A DNA stretch of 64,000 bases, taken from contig CAYOCT010000003.1 of the NCBI GenBank assembly GCA_964402555.1, positions 125,146 through 189,145 on the forward strand, written 5' to 3'. Of the stretch, positions 60,151 to 64,000 are shown piece by piece. A program made the position numbers and the translations under genes. The notes under the pieces were generated by a model. The model saw only the letters and a program-made list of their open reading frames with translations, had not been told where the DNA came from and did no database searches. Within the stretch, counting starts at the first letter, position 1; every line of letters starts with the position of its first letter. This DNA comes from an uncultured Nitrospiraceae bacterium (GTDB lineage Bacteria; Hydrogenedentota; Hydrogenedentia; Hydrogenedentales; SLHB01).

Positions 60151-62288
60151 AGCGCTACGTGATAGGCGACTGCGACCGCGAGGGCCGCAATAGTAATCCA
60201 AAGGCCGAGCGTGAAGCTTCGCGGTTGGAAACGAAGCGTCACTTCGTGTGCGCCCGGCTCGATGATAACCCCAATGAAATCGCCGTACGCGGGAACGACG
60301 TTGCAGGCCGCGCCTTCGGCCCGCGCCGTCCGACCCTCGTGATAGCGTTCGTTGACAATGAGCAACTGGCGCGTGGGCGCGTCCACGGCGATGCGGATTA
60401 GTCCGGGACGGTCGTCCACGATCGACGCGCGACCCGGCGTACCTTGGGGTAAATCGAGTGGGGCTGCAATGAGCGCGGTTGTCGCAATGTCGATGCGCTC
60501 GATGTCGTCGTGCGGATTGGCGCTGACCTGTGTCTGCGTGACGAGCCGCGCTCTAGGCATCGGATCGGAGACTTCGTACCACGCCTTGCCTTCACGCGCG
60601 GCTTGGGTAAGCTCGGGGATCGCGCCGTAGCGCGCCTTTCGCCAGCGCACGCCGGCCAGGCGCAATGCGGCAGTTTGGTTGTAGTAGTCGAGACGGCTCT
60701 CGGGGATCAGGCCGCAGTACCCTTGCGGCACGGAGACGCCCTTAAGCGTCGCGCAGGAATGCGCGTATAGCGGGCGTAGATCGGGGTCGGCTCGAAACCC
60801 GGGACTCGGCGGCGGGACCTCGATGCGATTGACGAACGCATCGAAGCGTTCCCATTCCGGATGGCGCAATCCGTAGAGCGCGAGATCGGCGATCGTAAAC
60901 GCCAGCAATGCCGGCAGCGCGAAGCGTCTTCCGCGCGCGGCTGCTATGACCAGAATGGTCGCCACGGCAAAGAGTGCCGCGCCCATGAGGATGTTGCGGG
61001 TGGATGCGAAGACGAACGGGGGTTCCGGCCGGCCGCGAGAGGCGATTGCGGCGGCCGCGACGACCAGACTGGCCAGGAACGGCAGCGCGAGCACGGCGGC
61101 ACGAGGCCACGGCATGCGATTGTTGTCGCGCAACCGCGCGAACAGGTCCGCGCACGCTACGGCCGTTACGATGGCCGTCGCGAAATGCAACCAGAAGAGG
61201 TGCCGTTGCGCGGCGCGAAACGAACGGACGATCGGGAGCAGCGCCCACGCGCGATAGACATAGCCGTATTGTCCAAGGGCCAAAACGACACCGATTACTG
61301 CGAGTCCCGTTGCGGCAGCCACGAGCGGGCGGTACGTTCCGAGGTCGCGGTAGCGAAGGAGCGCGTAGACCCAAAGCACGGCGGCGGCCGCGCCCATGTA
61401 AGGTGCGATCTCCTGTGCGCCGCGTTGCTCGAACACGTACGGACTGAACCATTGAATGAGCATCAAGGGACGAAGCGACCAGCCCATGCGAAACGCGAAC
61501 GACGGATCGGCGCGGTAGGAATGCGCCGCCGCGTCGAGCGTGGGCAGGATCTGAATCGCGCCGATGGCGAGTCCCAACAGTTTGGCCACGACCAGCATGA
61601 CAAGAATCTTGCGCGATCGGATCGAGCGCAGACGGTAGAGGACGTACAGCGCTTCGACGATCACAGTGAGGTAGACCATCTGCGGATGGCCAAGAAGCAG
61701 TTGCGACGCGGTCAGCGCGGTGATCGCGAGCGACGCGCCGGCGGCCTTGCGCGGCGTGGGCTGGTTGAGCGCGGTGTCGATGGCGAGCAGAAGCCAGGGA
61801 AGATGCGCGACGATGGCGGTCATGTGCATGAACTCGTCTTTGCAGAACCCGCACCACGTAAAGACGAACGCGCCGAACAGCGCGGCGAACGCGGGAAGCG
61901 TCCATCGCCGTAGGAGAAGGTACATGCCCGCGAAGAGGAACGCGTAGGCCAAGAGGCCCTCGAGGTTGTACGCGACCGTGAACGGCAGCGTGCCGTAGAG
62001 GAGCAGGTGCAGCGGGTGGCACATTCCGACCTCGCCGATCCCGTGTAGGTAGAACCCGCAGAACATGCCGGGCATCCAGAGAAAGCTGTCGCCGTGATGC
62101 AGGCATTGCTGGTAGAACCAGCGCGCGGGGAGATGAAATGTGGAGAGGTCCTGGCGGAGATCGACCGTGCCCGCGAACATCGGATAGCTGACCACGGCAA
62201 AGAAGAACAGCGCGCCGGCCGCTACGATCGCGGCCAATGGGCGCGTTCGCGACTCCGATTGCATAGGCCAGCCTCCCGAAAGCAGCAT
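60090..62288 (-). CDS. large polytopic membrane protein (YfhO/PMT-like putative glycosyltransferase fold) with a C-terminal soluble domain
   Basis: 732 aa. About 14 TM helices over the first ~480 aa, then an approximately 250-aa soluble region. Family assignment is tentative. Confidence 0.4.
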   Translation of the reverse strand: MLLSGGWPMQSESRTRPLAAIVAAGALFFFAVVSYPMFAGTVDLRQDLSTFHLPARWFYQQCLHHGDSFLWMPGMFCGFYLHGIGEVGMCHPLHLLLYGTLPFTVAYNLEGLLAYAFLFAGMYLLLRRWTLPAFAALFGAFVFTWCGFCKDEFMHMTAIVAHLPWLLLAIDTALNQPTPRKAAGASLAITALTASQLLLGHPQMVYLTVIVEALYVLYRLRSIRSRKILVMLVVAKLLGLAIGAIQILPTLDAAAHSYRADPSFAFRMGWSLRPLMLIQWFSPYVFEQRGAQEIAPYMGAAAAVLWVYALLRYRDLGTYRPLVAAATGLAVIGVVLALGQYGYVYRAWALLPIVRSFRAAQRHLFWLHFATAIVTAVACADLFARLRDNNRMPWPRAAVLALPFLASLVVAAAAIASRGRPEPPFVFASTRNILMGAALFAVATILVIAAARGRRFALPALLAFTIADLALYGLRHPEWERFDAFVNRIEVPPPSPGFRADPDLRPLYAHSCATLKGVSVPQGYCGLIPESRLDYYNQTAALRLAGVRWRKARYGAIPELTQAAREGKAWYEVSDPMPRARLVTQTQVSANPHDDIERIDIATTALIAAPLDLPQGTPGRASIVDDRPGLIRIAVDAPTRQLLIVNERYHEGRTARAEGAACNVVPAYGDFIGVIIEPGAHEVTLRFQPRSFTLGLWITIAALAVAVAYHVALRLRSRRRALWNAPSVRRFG

Positions 62289-62527
62289 CGTAATCGATTG
62301 CGAACGCCAATGCGATAGGAGGGGCTAGCCCGCGTTCTTTATGAGCCTACGGTGTCATTGCGAGGAGGGGTTCAGCCCGACGAAGCAATCCCCCGGCCTG
62401 TTGTGCGCAGAAGATCTGGGGATTGCTTCGTCGGGCTGAACCCCTCCTCGCAATGACACGAGACAGAAGTACTCCTCCGAGCACGCGTTGGCCTCTTCTT
62501 CTCAAGGCATGGTGTGAACCATCTAGA

Positions 62528-63949
62528 TCAGTCGTAGGACTTGCGGAGGGACGTTGTGAGGATGCCGAGGGCTTCGCGATATTTCGTCACGGTGCGGCGC
62601 GCGATATTCAGCCCTTGTTCCTTGAGCATGTCGGCGATCTTCTGATCGCTGAGCGGCTTGCTCTTGTCTTCTTCGTCGATGATCTTCTTGATCATCGACT
62701 GGACGCTCTTCGAGGACTGGGCCTCGCCACTGTCGCGGCGGAGTCCGGGCGAGAAGAAGTACTTGAGTTCGAAGAGGCCCTGCGGCGTCTGCATGTATTT
62801 GCCGCGGGTGGTGCGGCTGACCGTCGCTTCATGGACGCCCACCTTGTCGGCGATCTCCTGGAGCGTAAGCGGTTTGATGAACTCGACGCCTTTGTCGAGG
62901 AACTCTTCCTGCACATCGACGATGGCGGTGGCGATGCGCAGGATGGTGTTTTGGCGCTGCTCGATGTTGCGAATGAGCCACTTGGCGGACTCGACTTTTT
63001 CGCGGAGGTATTGTTTGTCCTGGCGGCAGATCTTCGTGTTGCGCGCCATGGCCTGATATTGCTGGCTGATCCGCAGTTCGGGGATGCGCTCATCGCTGAG
63101 ATAGACGATGTACTTGCCGTCGATCTTTTCGACGATCACATCGGGCGTGACGTACTGCGCGGGGCTCGAGGTGTATTCGAATCCGGGCCAGGGATTGAGT
63201 TTCGCGAGCATCGCCGTGAGTTCTTCGATGCGCTCGGGCGCGACGTTCATGGCCTTGGCTATCTTGGGAACCTGGCGGCGTTCGAGTTCGACGAGGTGAT
63301 GCTCGACCAATTCGCGGAGTTGATCCTCGTCGGGATACTCCATATTGATCTGGAGCAATAGACATTCGACAACGTCGCGCGCGCCGACGCCCGTCGGCTC
63401 GAACTTCTGAATCAGGTAAAGCACGCGCTCGACGGCCTCGACCGGGACGTCGAGTTCGCCCGCAATTTCTTCAAGCGATCCCGTGAAGTAGCCGCGGTTG
63501 TCGATGTCGCCGATGATGTACTCGCCGATCTGATACGTGCGGTCGTCTTTGGCGGCAAGACGCAATTGCGTGAGAAGCCGCGAGCTGAACGACTCGCCCT
63601 GCGTGATCGAGTCCTGGTAGTACTGGCGGCGGTCGTCGGCATCGGGATTGCGGCTGAGATCGGTGCCTTCGCGATGGCGGCGGTCGTACTCCCATTCGCG
63701 GGCGAAATCGTCGAGATCGAAACTCTCTTCGTGATCCTTTGCGTACTCGGTGGCGGGCTCGGTGGGCGGGGGCGTCATCTCGAGGACCGGTTCCTTCGCA
63801 ATCTGTTCGAGAACCGGATTCGTCTCCAATTCCTGCTGGACATATTGGTCGAGTTCGATGCCCGAGAGCTGCAGGATTTGAATGGCCTGCTGCATCTTCT
63901 GGGTAAGCATCAGACGCTGTTGTTGCGTCTGAATCAACCGATGTTCCAT
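62528..63949 (-). CDS. rpoN: RNA polymerase sigma-54 factor
   Basis: N-terminal Gln-rich activator-interacting region (LIQTQQQRLMLTQKMQQAIQILQLS). C-terminal HTH and RpoN box (ARRTVTKYREALGI). Confidence 0.9.
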   Translation of the reverse strand: MEHRLIQTQQQRLMLTQKMQQAIQILQLSGIELDQYVQQELETNPVLEQIAKEPVLEMTPPPTEPATEYAKDHEESFDLDDFAREWEYDRRHREGTDLSRNPDADDRRQYYQDSITQGESFSSRLLTQLRLAAKDDRTYQIGEYIIGDIDNRGYFTGSLEEIAGELDVPVEAVERVLYLIQKFEPTGVGARDVVECLLLQINMEYPDEDQLRELVEHHLVELERRQVPKIAKAMNVAPERIEELTAMLAKLNPWPGFEYTSSPAQYVTPDVIVEKIDGKYIVYLSDERIPELRISQQYQAMARNTKICRQDKQYLREKVESAKWLIRNIEQRQNTILRIATAIVDVQEEFLDKGVEFIKPLTLQEIADKVGVHEATVSRTTRGKYMQTPQGLFELKYFFSPGLRRDSGEAQSSKSVQSMIKKIIDEEDKSKPLSDQKIADMLKEQGLNIARRTVTKYREALGILTTSLRKSYD

Positions 63950-64000
63950 GCCCATCATGATGGGAGAATGCCTCCTAAGGGTGCGCAGGAATTATACCAA

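Noticed and set aside
60742-62310. ORFs 60742-62310(-) and 60861-61913(+) overlapping the large membrane-protein gene
   Set aside because: Arg-rich low-complexity translations. The chosen frame has about 14 hydrophobic helices.
62423-63361. 312-aa plus-strand ORF antisense to rpoN, starting inside the palindromic element
   Set aside because: rpoN on the minus strand is unambiguous (RpoN box). The plus ORF begins in the repeat (MLRRAEPLLAMT…), which reads the same on both strands.

Overview
High-GC (~65%) bacterial chromosomal window. The gene content (ECF sigma–Ser/Thr kinase pair, ELWxxDGT-repeat protein, PKD lipoproteins, giant modular surface proteins, TAT-exported enzymes) suggests a Planctomycetota-like environmental organism; this is inference only. 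I annotate about 40 protein genes and no rRNA, tRNA or CRISPR.

Main contents:
- A blaI–blaR1 sensor/repressor operon with a clear promoter and operator.
- A short low-GC islet carrying an HNH endonuclease and an AAA ATPase.
- An ECF sigma factor fused to a membrane domain, next to a Ser/Thr kinase, an LRR protein and a XerC-like recombinase.
- A sodium:solute symporter.
- An iron/B12-type ABC importer (binding protein, ATPase, permease) interrupted by about 500 bp of tandem repeats that end in (GGATTTT)n heptamer tracts.
- A tightly coupled minus-strand operon: ROK-like protein, ABC-type AAA ATPase, DUF4276 (TOPRIM-like), LmbE-family deacetylase, SAM methyltransferase. I flag this as a candidate new OLD/AbiL-like defence module with enzymatic accessory genes.
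- An SGNH hydrolase and an orphan histidine kinase.
- A 9.5-kb gene for a 3172-aa modular lipoprotein (PKD and IPT domains, Ca-binding motifs, Gly-Glu dipeptide linkers, recent internal duplications). A truncated paralog lies at the window start.
- A REP-associated tyrosine transposase (RAYT) with flanking REP hairpins.
- A second DUF4143 ATPase and a 1170-aa ELWxxDGT-repeat protein.
- Housekeeping genes hemW, cimA, a frameshifted apgM, rsmG and rpoN.
- DUF1015, MBL-hydrolase, TPR, PhoPQ-related and aldo/keto-reductase genes, and a large YfhO-like membrane protein.

Several repeat families are present: REP elements, 108-bp perfect palindromes, terminator-like hairpins and heptamer microsatellites. 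Many long ORFs antisense to real genes are high-GC artefacts and were rejected.
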